From positions 496,001 to 560,000 of the forward strand of contig NW_027191408.1 in assembly GCF_041146345.1 (NCBI RefSeq): 64,000 nt of DNA, read 5' to 3'. Positions 50,188 through 62,676 of this stretch are shown one piece after another. This DNA comes from Neodothiora populina. Lineage: Eukaryota. Below the pieces are notes generated by a model. The model was not told the DNA's origin. It worked only from the letters and a program-made list of their open reading frames with translations, and made no database searches. Made by a program: the position numbers and the translations under genes. The number at the start of each line of letters is the position of its first letter. Within the stretch, counting starts at the first letter, position 1.

Positions 50188-51252
50188 ATGATTGACGTAG
50201 CTGTTAGGAGAGCTCACTACGGAATTGAATGTTTCGCTATTCGAGCGTAAACAAGCTAGATAGCTATCAGACCTGTAGCCCTCTCATGCCATCAATGGAT
50301 GTAGACAATGTTCACAGTTCGATTTCAGCTTTGGTTAGTAAGCTTATTCGAATAATGTGTGAAGCATGTTTGGTGAATAGCCATTATTATGCAAGAGCAT
50401 GCTATATCCACGGTATGCAAGGTACAGTGTGTGTTTAACGGTGCAACCTTCTGCGGTTGTGATGAATAGATACTGATACTGTCTTGTACACCTGGCGGTG
50501 GACAATGATCCTTCTACATCACTTGTTGACGTTGTGAATGTTGACAATAATAGGAGTGATGTTAATACCGTAATTTGAGATGTCTAGGTAAAGAACATTC
50601 CATCTGTGCACGTTCATATACGTGCGTGTCGATCTGCATTGTTGAGCTACGGTATGGTCTGGAGCAGTGCCAGACAACGTAAATGCAAGTATTGCTGTTT
50701 CACGTATGGTCGAACGCATCGTGCATTTCCATCCTCCTTTATGAACATTTCTCGGCTTCATACCTTATGCTAGTACAGGTCTGGATTGTCAGTCTCTCCG
50801 AGTCGTCTTACGGATTATATGCACGCATGTTGCAGATCACATCACCTTGTTCACCAATCGCAAATGCGAGCAAGAATGAAGCACGATTGGACGTGTGGAT
50901 GGCCACTGTTCGAGTGGGGTAATGGATCTCTTCCGATTACACGAAGCATTCATCAATCGCATTAAGCACATGAAGCCTCTGTGGGCTAAGAATGAACGCT
51001 GAGAAAAGCTTTCGTACTTAACTCCGATATGGGTTAGTTTCACATGCGCCTGCCAATCGAAGGATTCGGCTTTCACGCATACCGTGTCTGAAGGATGGAG
51101 ACAGCCTTCAGGGGTATAATATTGCGTCGAGCCTCAGCCCACAGGTATGATCCTACATTGCTTATTCTCCTTTTCTAGCTTGTACCCAGTCTCAGTCGCA
51201 CACCTGAATTACATCTTGTCTTGACGCAAAAAATCATAGCATAGACGTTGCA

Positions 51253-52871
51253 ATGGCTTTTGTGATCATTGGCGCCGTTTCGCGTGGTATTGGTGGCACA
51301 ATCGGATTAGGTCGCGAAGCTTATTTATACAACAAAGAGAAGAGAGAGCTCTCACGTGCATCAGTCAATAACAACGGAACTCTTTCTATGAGTCCAAGCG
51401 CTGGGTAAGCAGAGAAAGCAACGATAGTGCTCAGGCGCCACCTACTATAACTCACTCGTACTTTGGCGATGGGCCAAAGGTAGAAGAAAGCGATGAGCAT
51501 GATTGGGAGCTCGATGAAGCTGCTCAGCCGCCACCTTCGTATGAGGACTCACAAGCCACTTTGAGAAAATCTACGTCTGTTGGGACTTTGGTGCAACAAG
51601 TGGTCCCAGTGACCTCTGACTTATCAGTTACAATAGAACCGACAGCAAGGCTCCCGTACCCGGTCATACTCCCACAGCGCCGTCCTGGAGCCAAAGCCTG
51701 TGGATTCGTGCATGGTTATGCACCAGATCTCGCCGCTTGTGGCATCGATCAAGACACCTTCATTCGGTTTATCGACAATCTGTACATTGCCACTCAGGCT
51801 TCACCGGTCTTCCAGGTCATATACATCGCTGCAAAAATTACTGGCATGGTACCCGAGACCACAGCAATGGCATTTGCCATAGCTGTGCAGGTCGCAGCCA
51901 AGACGGCGGCAGAGCTTCAAGGCCGTTACCATGTCAACTCTTTCCTGGATGATGTCAACAGAGAACTCTTCATGCCGCGTGGACTATATGCTATGATTGT
52001 CAAATACAAGACTAACAAAGCATCCTCGAACTACGCCTCGTCTTACGACACTACCGAGATCGGGGTTGAAAACGTAGATGTGATGGCCACCAAAGCAATC
52101 GCCCGCTACCAACCCGACGACAACTCTGGAAACGCTAATGTAGTGAAAGCAAAACTCAAGACCGTCCGTCTGTTTTCTGGCAGCAGCAAGGGTGAGAGAC
52201 AAATGCCAACGACATGCGCTCCATTGATATTTCCCGTATCAGACGAGGTGTCCTTGCCCGGGACTCCAGACGAGTCGTCTCCGAGCCTGTCACCACAGAT
52301 CTCACTGTCCCCACAGACCAGTAACACGACAACAGGCACAGCTAGATCACTATCGCCACGACCACACTCACCCAATCCAACAAGCAGGCCAACGTCCCCC
52401 ATTGACGGCAGCGGTAGCTTGCTCGACAAGACTAAGCGCGCAGGCAAATTCGTAGCCGACTATTATGACCGTCGCGACCAGGCGACCTATATAGTCGACC
52501 ACCCGACCTCAACTCTGTCAACACAAACACCAACTCCTCGATTCCGCTCCCGCTACGCAGACCCCAATCATGCAGCCTCCAACGGCCATTTCATAAACTT
52601 GGTGACCGGCGGAGCGGTGAACATGAAAACCGCCAAACAGCGCAAGGCGGAGGCAGCGGCGAGACGAGGACGACCAGGGGAAACTAGACCAAGAGGTCCT
52701 GTCAGCTTGATGCTTGATGGTGTGAAGAGTGTGTTGAATGAGGATGCAATGTATCATGGTTATCATGGTGTGAAGAAGGTGTTGAGTGAGGATGTCATGT
52801 ATCTCATGGTTGTCAACATGCCGTCGGAGAGCGAATTGCGTGAGGCGCAGGAGGCGCTGTTGAACGAGTAG
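51253..52871 (+). CDS. Conserved fungal hypothetical protein (PVILPQRRPG family); frame break near 51404
   Basis: N-terminal GIGGTIGLG.EA, then DEHDWELDE, LPYPVILPQRRPG..GFV..YAP.L..CGI.Q, FRSRYADPNH, YLMVVNMPSE. Confidence 0.75.
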
Positions 52872-54254
52872 GTGCTTAGCCACTGAACTCGGATGATGAG
52901 CTGCAATCGTAGATTGCTTTGATGTGGCTAATATATAGTGCTTTCAATCGTCACCACAGGTTCCAAGGCAGTTGAGGCTACGAAGAGGGATCGCACTTTG
53001 GCTTGTTTGGTATTTGTCGTAAGTCTCTATATCCTTCAATGCGAGGCCATGGTTCTATTGACGTTGTAGTCAAAAAGTAAATGTTTCTTTGTATAGGTGT
53101 TGTTTTGAATAGGTAAGTCTAGTGTCTCTGACTGCTTCCACGTGCACTTTTTTCTACGGATCCACTTTATCACTTTACTTGTTGGTCTTCTGTTGGCATA
53201 CTTGTGTCCGATCAACAAGGAGCAAATAATATCATCAAATCGGCGGAAAAAGCGAAGCTCAGTGAAAAAGCGGGGTATCTCACTTCTCACTCACTCACTT
53301 ACCCCACATTCACTCACTTCTGGCTCTCACTTTTTCTATCGTTTTCCTGCAACTCTTCTCTCTCACATATACTTTACTCTTTTGCTTGCACGTCTGTGTT
53401 ATTTGGGCCTAAATTGATTATGCTTCGTAAGTTCAAGCGCGGAAAAGACTATCATGGTTATAGTGGTACCTCGTCGCTAAAAGCCCCATGCTTTGTGTGG
53501 ACGGCACATCCAGACCTGGATTCTTCTTGTGTATCTCTATTCGTGCTTAGCTTTCTTGCAATGACCATCACTTTGTTTTGTTACATATTCTGCCGAACTG
53601 CGAGTGTCTAGTTGCAGCGTTAGGACGGACACTTCGGTTCCATCGCTTCTGGTCCTCACTTGTACACTACGCTTCCTTTCTCGCTTGTATGATAGTTTCA
53701 TGCTTGCATAGCTGGCATGCAGGGCAGACTCTGGTCCATTCACCTATGTTAACGTTCCGTCGTCGTGCAAACCCAAGGGCACAAGAGCCTATATGTTGAT
53801 GTATTGGGAGGTGGTCATCTATACACGCCTGGTCTGAATAGTCCGCATTACGTGACCTGCTCTGATGTGCATCTTGTTGCCTCGTACGAGTAATCTCATC
53901 TGGACTCGTCTATTGTTGGTAAGCTTCCATTCCTATTTGATCTCAAGCTATGGTCCTCACATATGTAAAGTAGCCCAGTACACTCACTTATCCACTTACA
54001 AAAATGTTTCGCTAGCAGACAATCTCGAGGCCTTATTACCCGTCACGGACCACATTAAGATCCCTCGCGTTTCCCTTCAGCAGCGTGAATCAAGTAAGAC
54101 CATTAATTACAGCAAGAGCTCTATCCCCCTAGATGGACGTTTTGACCTACTCAACGAATCTGGGAACAAGATATTCCCATATCTCATTACCACTTACTTC
54201 CATCAAAAACAAGGTGGGTAAGGCTATATGAATGGCAATGACGGACAACGCATC

Positions 54255-54373
54255 ACGTACGACCACAGGCAGCTGAAAACTGGGCATCCCGTCCGCTCTG
54301 CCAGACATAAGCAGTTGACCGGCAGATTAGTACTACGGTGGGTGACCACGTGGGAATCCCTGCTGCTGTACGT
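54255..54373 (+). rRNA. Dispersed 5S rRNA gene
   Basis: 119 nt ACGTACGACCAC...CCCGTCCGCTCT...GATTAGTA...GGGTGACCAC.TGGGAATCCC...GTACGT with paired ends. T-run terminator follows; TATA at about -30 (54225). Confidence 0.97.
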
Positions 54374-54499
54374 TTTTCGATTTTGCCTTCTTTTGCTCGA
54401 ATGAGGTCAGGATAGCAGTCACGCTTATGCTCTTGGATTTTTTGTACGTTTGAGCTTTCTTTGCCTGTCTGATCTTCTTTGGAAAGGAGGACGCTGAGT

Positions 54500-55080
54500 A
54501 CGCTATACATGTCTAGCGTTCTTCGAATAGATATCCAGAGTCTTGCTGCGATTATTACTCTAGCATCACCGTCATAAGCCTTGTCGGTGAAAACATCTTT
54601 GACTTCATCTCGTCGATTGGGACAGTCTGAGGCAGGTGATATATAAGTCTCTTGATTACGTCTTGTGAGATCATCATATCTATACTCCGCTCTGCCTCTG
54701 GCTATCTACATATCTTGCGTTCTCCAATCAGATACTCAGAGTCTTGCTACGACCACTTACTATCGCCACTAGAGTCAGTAGGTTTTGCCGGAATTGGACA
54801 TCTGCCTTGTCTTGTTGATAAGCGGGTAAGTAAGGTGAATGATAAATCTAGTTCATGATTGCCTTTTAGCAAGACTACTGTATCTATACTCCACTTTATC
54901 CATATTCATTCTGCTCTCGAACAAAGCACGCTGTATATGTACATCCTTATCGCTTCTCCGATCGATAGGCATAGTGTTACTGTCGTTATCTGAATTAGGT
55001 AGATTCGGTACTCCATGCCTAAGTATATGCCTCGTCTTGTCTATAGCGGAAGACTGAGGGACCTGTCCTTTGTCTGCAAA
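54500..55080. repeat. Degenerate ~200-bp tandem repeat (about 2.5-3 copies), TpA-rich
   Basis: CAGAGTCTTGCT at 54536 and 54737; TATCTATACTCC at 54677 and 54881; TGCCTyGTCTTGT at ~54803 and ~55028. Confidence 0.65.
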
Positions 55081-55751
55081 AGAGATTCACGCCTTAGTCT
55101 GATCTGCTTTCAGCTTACTTTCGGTCTCCTGGATTCCTGCCTGAAGGGACAGTGAGGGGGGGGGGGAGGTGGATCGAGATGTACACGTATAGATGTATAT
55201 AAGGTATTTGCCCGACGCTACTTGCAATCAAGATCATACATACTTACTACCTTCTCCTTTGAGATGAAATCCTCAATATTACTTCTGTCCAGCCCTATCC
55301 TGTCGTGTCTTGTCGCGTTCAGTCCCGTTCTGTTCGTTCATCTAGCTCCTATCCAGTTTCCTCTCCTCTGAGCCAGTCCTGTCACGTACTGCTCTCCTTC
55401 CTCGCCTGCCCGTTGCACAAGGTAAGTACATACCTCGAACCTAGAAAGTCGACTTCCAAGTCGAGCATTGAAAAGGGTTCAGAGGATTAGACTCAAGGAT
55501 GTGCGAGCGCGCCGTTATTCAACATGGACATACCTGGACTTATCCGTCTTATGCGTGTTGTATATCTTTGTTCCTTGCTAAGGAACAGGGAGGAGAGTGA
55601 TGCACAATCGTTGTGCGATAGAGAGCATGAAACGCAAACCCAGATACAAGACTTACGTAAAGTCTCGATGCTAATGAGTAGGCCAAACGGCTCGTGCATG
55701 TCGAAGTAAGAAGTCACGTTTTCTTCCAGACTGATATAGCCCGTATTATCA

Positions 55752-55754
<3 letters not shown>

Positions 55755-55795
<41 letters not shown>
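55755..55795. repeat. (CT)n microsatellite; a (GAT)n-like run follows at 55900-55940
   Basis: Directly visible. Confidence 0.9.
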
Positions 55796-55796
<1 letters not shown>

Positions 55797-57236
55797 CTGC
55801 CTTGCTGCATAGATATATAGCTCGAACCCTGCAGTCTAGACTCATGCGCGACGATCTCTCGTGGACAGACCTGGGAGGAAATGAATGGATCAATCTTCAA
55901 TGATGATGATGATAATGATGATGATCGTGATGATGGTGAACGAGGATAATGAGCATAGGCATAATGAGCCTTGCTAACAAGGACAAAGACGACGCCTGAG
56001 TAGGGTTCAGACTCGGGTGCACTCAACCCGTTAGTCCCATCGGTCTCGGACGACAATAGCATGAGAACGAAACCAAAGGGTTGATGCTAATATCTAGTCA
56101 AGCAAAATGTCTAAATCCTATTTCCTCTAGACCAACCCTGTCCTATCACGTCCTTCCCACAGACCACATGAGCTATTGTAGCTGCAGAGGTGTCCACTAT
56201 TGACCTCCGAATTGAACTGCTGAAGCTGAGCACTCGAGATACTTTACTTAGACTTATAGTGGTTGAGCATGGATGTACACGTGTGCACGAACAAGTCTTG
56301 CTAACGAGGACGATCGGGAAGGATGATGGACAGGGTGACGATACAGGGGTTGGCGATGACGGGGGTGATGGGGACGATAATGAAGATGATAAGTCTCGCC
56401 AGCAAGGACAGCGCCGACTGAACAGGCTCCAGACTCAGTGAACCTCCCAGTCTCAGCGATACTCGAGAACAAAGCTTATCACCATAGACTACCCTTTGGT
56501 GTCTCACGAATCACCCTGAGAACCAATAACCTATACTACGCGCCTACAGAACAACAGCTTGCAAATGGTCTACCAAAGATATTGACCACGAACAGAGTCG
56601 TGACGTTCAAAAGGGCATCAGGAGTCGAAGAATCTCTTGATGGGTCTGCGTGGCAATACTGACATGGCTGAATGACTCGAAGACTCGTGATGCACCTACG
56701 AGGGGGCTGGGAATTGAATGGTCGATGTGTAGAGTCAAGCAACTTTTTTTCCCTTACTTAGGGAGGGATAATGCAATCGATTCCTCGGCATAACCACTAT
56801 ACAGGTACGTACTCAACACAGGCAGCATCATATCGTCTTCGAAGGATGATGCTGTGAAGCACGAGGCCTTATGCTAATGACTCGAGGTTCAAGTAAGATC
56901 TTCGACGTTCGTGCGTGTTGAAAACGAGGTGATCAGTATGATTGGAGTTTACTATTGTGATGAATTCGAAACTATAATCTTTGCGAGTGGAGACCGAATG
57001 TCTGGAATATCACGGGTAGAAGAAAGAACAGAAAGGTGTGTGGAAACATCTGCAATGCATGTCTACAGTAAACACTATAGGATTTTTACCTAAGCTCAGC
57101 ACAGCGGCGATGACAGAACCCCAGAAGAGGCGATCTCGCAGAAAGAAAGACAGAAGAATAGCAAGGTTATCAATGTACCGACCCCTCACCCGCAGAATAA
57201 CAAAAGCCTCAACCTTCCCGACTCCAACGCCTGTCC

Positions 57237-60153
57237 TTAAAAGTCCATCTTCTCAATATCAGCAGTGTTGTAGTAACTAGAATCCTCTTCGTCACCGACG
57301 CCTGGCTCTCCGCCAGCTCCACTGATGACGTCCCCTCCGCTGGGGAAGCCACCCTGGAGTTCACTGATCGCGACGGCGTTGTCTTCTTCACCATCTGAGC
57401 CCTCAAGGATAGTGTCCGTCTGTGCCTTGAACGCCTCGTCGACACCACCAATCATATTCTTGACCTTGCTTGCTGCTCGCTCTGCAGTATTTCCAAAACT
57501 TGGGCGTCTGCTGGATGACCTGACCGAGGGCGCTCGCGAACCTGCGCGAGACGCCGCCTCTTTGACCAGGCCAGTCGCGTCTGAGCGGGCTTTTGAGGTC
57601 GCGCGTGACGTTTTCTTCGCCAGGTCGGTCGTCGCAGGAAGAGCAGCACCAACCGTGTCGGCGATGGAGTGAGCAGCAGTGCCTGCCGCTTTCTCGACAC
57701 TTTCGACAATGGCTTCCACTGTGTCCTTCACACCAGTGGTCAGGGCAGGTGATTTACTTCTACCACGCGAGGGAGAGCGGGTGAGTCCAAGTGCTGAGCC
57801 AATTGTGTTGAGAAATCCACTGTGTTGAGCTTTTGCACTTGCCTCGGCGTACTCATTCGTGATGGTGTTGCCATCTGGAGTCGATGACTTGTCCACTTCG
57901 GTGGCAGCATGCGCGCCTTCAGCGGTAGATCCGGCATCTTGGGTAATGTCAGCGCTTTCTTCTTGGTCTCGAGCTATAGCTCGTTGCTCTCTTCTTCGGC
58001 AAAAGCAAAGCTATCAGGGGCTTCGAAGGCGCGAGCGAAATCATTACCTAAGTCTTCTGCCGGCGTCTCCTCTTCTTCACCAGGCAGCTTTCCGTCCTCG
58101 TCCTCGGCGTCATCTTCGACTTGTTGCATGACAAAGTCCCATTCTGCTTTCGAGACTTTGCTGACAGAGAGCCTGCTCTGCTTGACGAGTCCCATATTCT
58201 CGAGCACATCTCCTGACTTGCTGTGTTTCTGCAAGTCTTTGAGGCTCACTTTGCTAGGGAACTTCTGTTTGAACTGAACATGCACAAGCATCCATTTCGG
58301 ATTGCTCGCATCACCTTTGGGGTCAAAGTATGCACTCTTGCGATCAAAGGCTGCATGATCTGGACTGGCCTCTTGGACAATCTCCATGATTCCGACAATG
58401 CCTGGTACCTTGCAGTTGCTCTCGTAGAAGAAAGCCAGATCGCCCTTCTTCATAGCCTTGAGATTGTTCTGCGCTTGGCCATTGCGTATGCCTATCATAT
58501 ATAGCGGTCAGAACTGGTTGCGTATTTACAGATAGTTAAATTACCTTCCCAGGGCTCTGGCTCAGAGCGAGAGCGCAAGTCCTCGATGCTAAATCTGACG
58601 TCTACATCTTCGCCATCTGCGTTCCTCTCGATACGAGTATTGGGCTCAGCCTTCATGAGCCAATACTGTGCGCCAGTGTCTGCGACGTCATCTGCATCGG
58701 TCTGGCCTTTGGTCTTCTTTGTCGGCCGTCCCTTGGTCAAAGTTGAAGATGTCTTGCGTTTGGAACCTGAGCTTTTGCGAGTAGTGGAGTCAGCAGCTTC
58801 CAAGAGCTCATCTTCGACCTGGTCATCAACACCGTCCATTGCAGCGTGGTAGTGGGCGTGCTTTGGCAAAGTCTCGGCTTCCTCAGCACTCTCGGACTCC
58901 TCGCTTTCTTCGGGCTCAGAAACTTCAACGTTGACTTTCTTCGTGCTGCCTGGTGGACGAATTCGGCGCTTAGCTGCTGGCTTCGTTGTCGGCTGCTTCG
59001 TGGCTGCTGGCTTAGCAGTACCCTTGGGACGACCGCGACCTCTCTTGGGGAGTAACTCCTCATCCTGAGCCGCCTCTTCTTCCTGGGGCTTGACAGTTTT
59101 AGGAAGTCCACGATCTCTCCTGAATGAAGGTTCATCCGCGGCCGAGCTGTCTTCTAGTTCCTGTTCTACCTCATGTTCTTCTTCCTTTTCGGGCTCGGAC
59201 TCCACTTCGGTCTCTGCCGCGGGCTCAAGACCACGACCACGACCGCGATGTCCAGTGGTAGGAGCGGTATCTTTCTGCGTTGCTGCCTTGTTTCCACGCT
59301 TCTTTGTGGCGGGAAGCTCAACCAAGTCCGCGGTCGCGTCTCTCGCGGGTTGCCTCGTGGACCGTCTGGGTTGAATATCGCTGGACTTTGCGCGCATGGC
59401 TTTCTTGGGCGGGACAGATTCAGGAGGACTAGCAAATGCGTCCTTTCGTGGTCTGCCACGTTTCTCGGGCGGTTCTTCGGCAGCATCCTCGTCCTCGGCG
59501 GAGATTTCGACAGAGACCTCAGGACTTGTCTTTGCAGGTCTTCCGCGCTTCTTCGGGGGCTCGGCTGCAGCAGTTTCAGTCTTGGCTGGTCTTCCACGTT
59601 TCTTAAGAGGCTCGGTAACAGATCTTGAGGCCGGCCTTCCCCTCTTCTTTGGCAACTCCTCCAATTCCTCTTCTTGCTCTTCCTCAGCAGCCGGCGCAAC
59701 GACAGTCTTCGCGGGTCTGCCTCTCTTCTTGGTAGGAACGCCTTCGGTCAGCGGCTCTACTGTCTCGGGTTGCATCAGAGTGTCAGCTGCCTCTTGTATG
59801 ATGTCTTCGGCCTTGGCTCTTGCTGGACGACCTCTCTTCTTGACGTCCTTTTCAATCATCGATGTAGGCGCGTCGTCGTTCTCGATGGACGAGGCGGAGA
59901 GTGAAGGCGAACCAATGGGCTTCGGTGTCTTTGTTACAGGCGCGCCGCGTTTCGGACGCGTTGATGTGGCGGAAGTGGGAACAGCTTTGCCGCGGGACTT
60001 CGTTGCAGTCGCTGGTGTCTGAGATGGCTCATCTTCTTCGTCTTCGGCGGGCACATGGTAGGGCGATGTTTGTGCTCTTGGTGTAGCGATTGCCTGTCTG
60101 GAGGCAGGCGTAGTGGCAGCTGCCTTGGCCTTCTTCGATCCCTTGGGGGGCAT
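57237..60153 (-). CDS. Multi-AT-hook + EVE domain protein (THYN1-like); intron 58492-58544; junction near 57975-58048 ambiguous
   Basis: About 7 KRGRP motifs. EVE domain YWLMKAEP...FSIEDL...PWEGIRN..A.NNL..MKKGDLAFFYESNCK.PGIVG...RLSV. Low-complexity tail lies in another frame (57237-57973). Confidence 0.85.
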
Positions 60154-61531
60154 GTTGTCGAACAGAGTTGATCTGATACGACGCGTCCAAAGAGACACTC
60201 AATGTTGTGGAAACAAAGATGTAAACAACAGACCGACGCGAGATATGATGGGATTGATGATGGTGACTGTCAGAATGATAAAGTAGTCGAACTGTTCAGT
60301 GGAAATGGGGGATGCACGACAAGCAAAGACAAAAGCTGGAAAGAAATAAAGAGGGAAGGCACCACGCGACGGTGATGAGGCCGGGGTTAAGCTCCAGAAA
60401 GTCGCGTAAGTCAGGAATGGAAGGTACAGTACTGACGCTGACGCTGACGCTGGACCGGGCGCTGCGTGTGACCTCACCGCACCCAGCAAACACGCACCAC
60501 GCTGTTTAGGTATGTCTTACAATTTACCTGGCCACCTTGGAAATAGTAGAATCAGTCAAAGGCTTCGATGCCGAGTGCAGAACAGCTGCTTGACCTTGAT
60601 GATAAGAATCTTCAAATCGACCTTGACCTTGAACACGAGAAGATGCGGCTTCAGCATTGTGCGTACCTTGTGCATGTGCAAAGGTTTCCTGCTTGTCCCA
60701 GCATCTGCGGCATGTCTCGATGAAACCCAGGTGCAGAGCACAGGAAGGGAAATGCTCGGCGTACAATTCAAGTGCCAGGATCACTCTCGGCAATCATGTA
60801 GCAAACGCACACTAGCCACCTCATGGCATACAAGCCCTGCCTTACCACACCTTTCACCTTCAGTAATCACAATTCGGTCAAGCAACAGAATGTACAGACA
60901 CAACCTGAGGCATACAACAGATGTTCCCCGCCCGCCGACGTGATCTGCATCCGCCAAGGCATCCGTTTGTCTACATACAAATATCTCAACATAAGGTATA
61001 CTTGCATATCGCACGTTATTATTGTAACATGAGGTTTCACTACTCCATCTCCAGCTGCAATCATGGAACCTGTGATGAAACTTCAAGAGAGTTTTGCTTT
61101 AGTTGTCGTCGTGGTGCTACAGTGGTAGATAATATGGAGGACTAAGTTCATTCTTACGCCATCTGAGGTTCTATTTGAGGCATTGCATGGTACGAAAAGT
61201 ACTATTTGCACAGGCGGCAATGTTCGCTCACCTCAAGTCAGTCGAACATCTCAAGTCAGTTGGTCGCACAGATTCTTCACATTGGTCCTCTGTACTCGGA
61301 GGAAAGGCGTGGGCCGCAGTCTCTCACAAGTCGCACACTCGTGATAAGAACAAAACGAGAGGCGTCGAGTGTCAGGAGCAAAAGCAACAAGTCTTCTTAT
61401 CGAGGAAGTGTGAAACTGAATTACGATTCTTTCCCCATTTTTTGGAACAGCTCGTTAAAAGGTTAAAACTCCCATGCATCCCGCGTTGATAGAATCATGC
61501 CATCTCAACCATGGCAGTCATTCTGAGCACT

Positions 61532-62676
61532 CTAGTAGCGCTTGCCCTCACGGAGCACATCCGAGTACTCCTCGAGCGGGGATCGGATGAGCTTGGTCTC
61601 CTTCCACAGGTTGGGGGTAAGGAAGCCGTAAGTGTTGGTGATGGCGACGAAGGTGGCCTTGAGGGTGTTCTCAAGGGTCTTGGTGCTACCGGAAGAGGCA
61701 GAGTAGGCGTCGGAGACACCAGCAAGCTGGAGGAGACGCTTGACGGCGGGGGAGGCAACGAGACCGGTACCGCGAGGAGCAGGGATAAGCTGGGGATGTG
61801 TCAGTTCTGTTTGTTGCCTTCTTGTATATGACCAAAAGAAAAACTTACTCTGACGGTGACGGAGCCGCACTTGCCGGACTCCTTGACGGGGATGGAGTGA
61901 GGCTCTCCGAGGTTGGAGCCCCAGTATCCTCTTCTGATGGGAACAACAGCGAGCTTGGCGATGATGATGGCGGCACGGATGGCAGTGGCGACTTCCTTGG
62001 AGGTCTTGATACCGAGACCGACGTGACCCTCGGAGTCACCGATGACAACGACGGCCTTGAAGCGGGTACGCTGACCGGCACGGGTCTGCTTCTGGACGGG
62101 CTTGATCTGTAGGGAGGACGCTCGAATCAGTATGTGCTCTCGTTTCATGTCGGACTCTGTGCAATTGGATTCCCCAAGCAGTGCCATTTTTCTTTCCTCT
62201 CTTGCTTGCAATGTCAGTGTCCGCCTTGGCGTTCACAACAACGTGTGGTGCGCAGACCACCCATTGCGACTTCTCAACCAGGTCCGTAGATGCTGAACGT
62301 CTCTTTTCCCTTCTTCTGACCTCTGGCTCTTGTTCGCTTGCTCGTTTCCCCCTCTTCTGCACAGAATCTTCACTCGGCTGCAGAGCTGTTTTCTCACCTT
62401 CATGACCTCATCCTTGAGCTTGGGGAGGAAGAAGTCGACGATCTGGTACTCCTTGATGGGGAGAGAGTGGAGGTAGATCTCCTCCATGTTCTTGATCTTG
62501 CCGGCCTTGACGAGACGACCGAGCTTGGTGACGGGCTGCCACTCCTTCTCAGCGTCCTTTGCGCCGCCACGACGAGGTCCCCTGCGGCCACGGCCACGGC
62601 CACGCTCTCCACCGCGGTCACCACGGCTGCCGAATCCACCGCGTCCTGCGGGTGCTGGTGCTGCTGCGTCTGCCAT
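61532..62676 (-). CDS. RPS2: 40S ribosomal protein S2 (uS5); introns 62107-62397 and 61790-61848
   Basis: RG-rich N-terminus, [40 protein letters not shown]. Confidence 0.98.
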
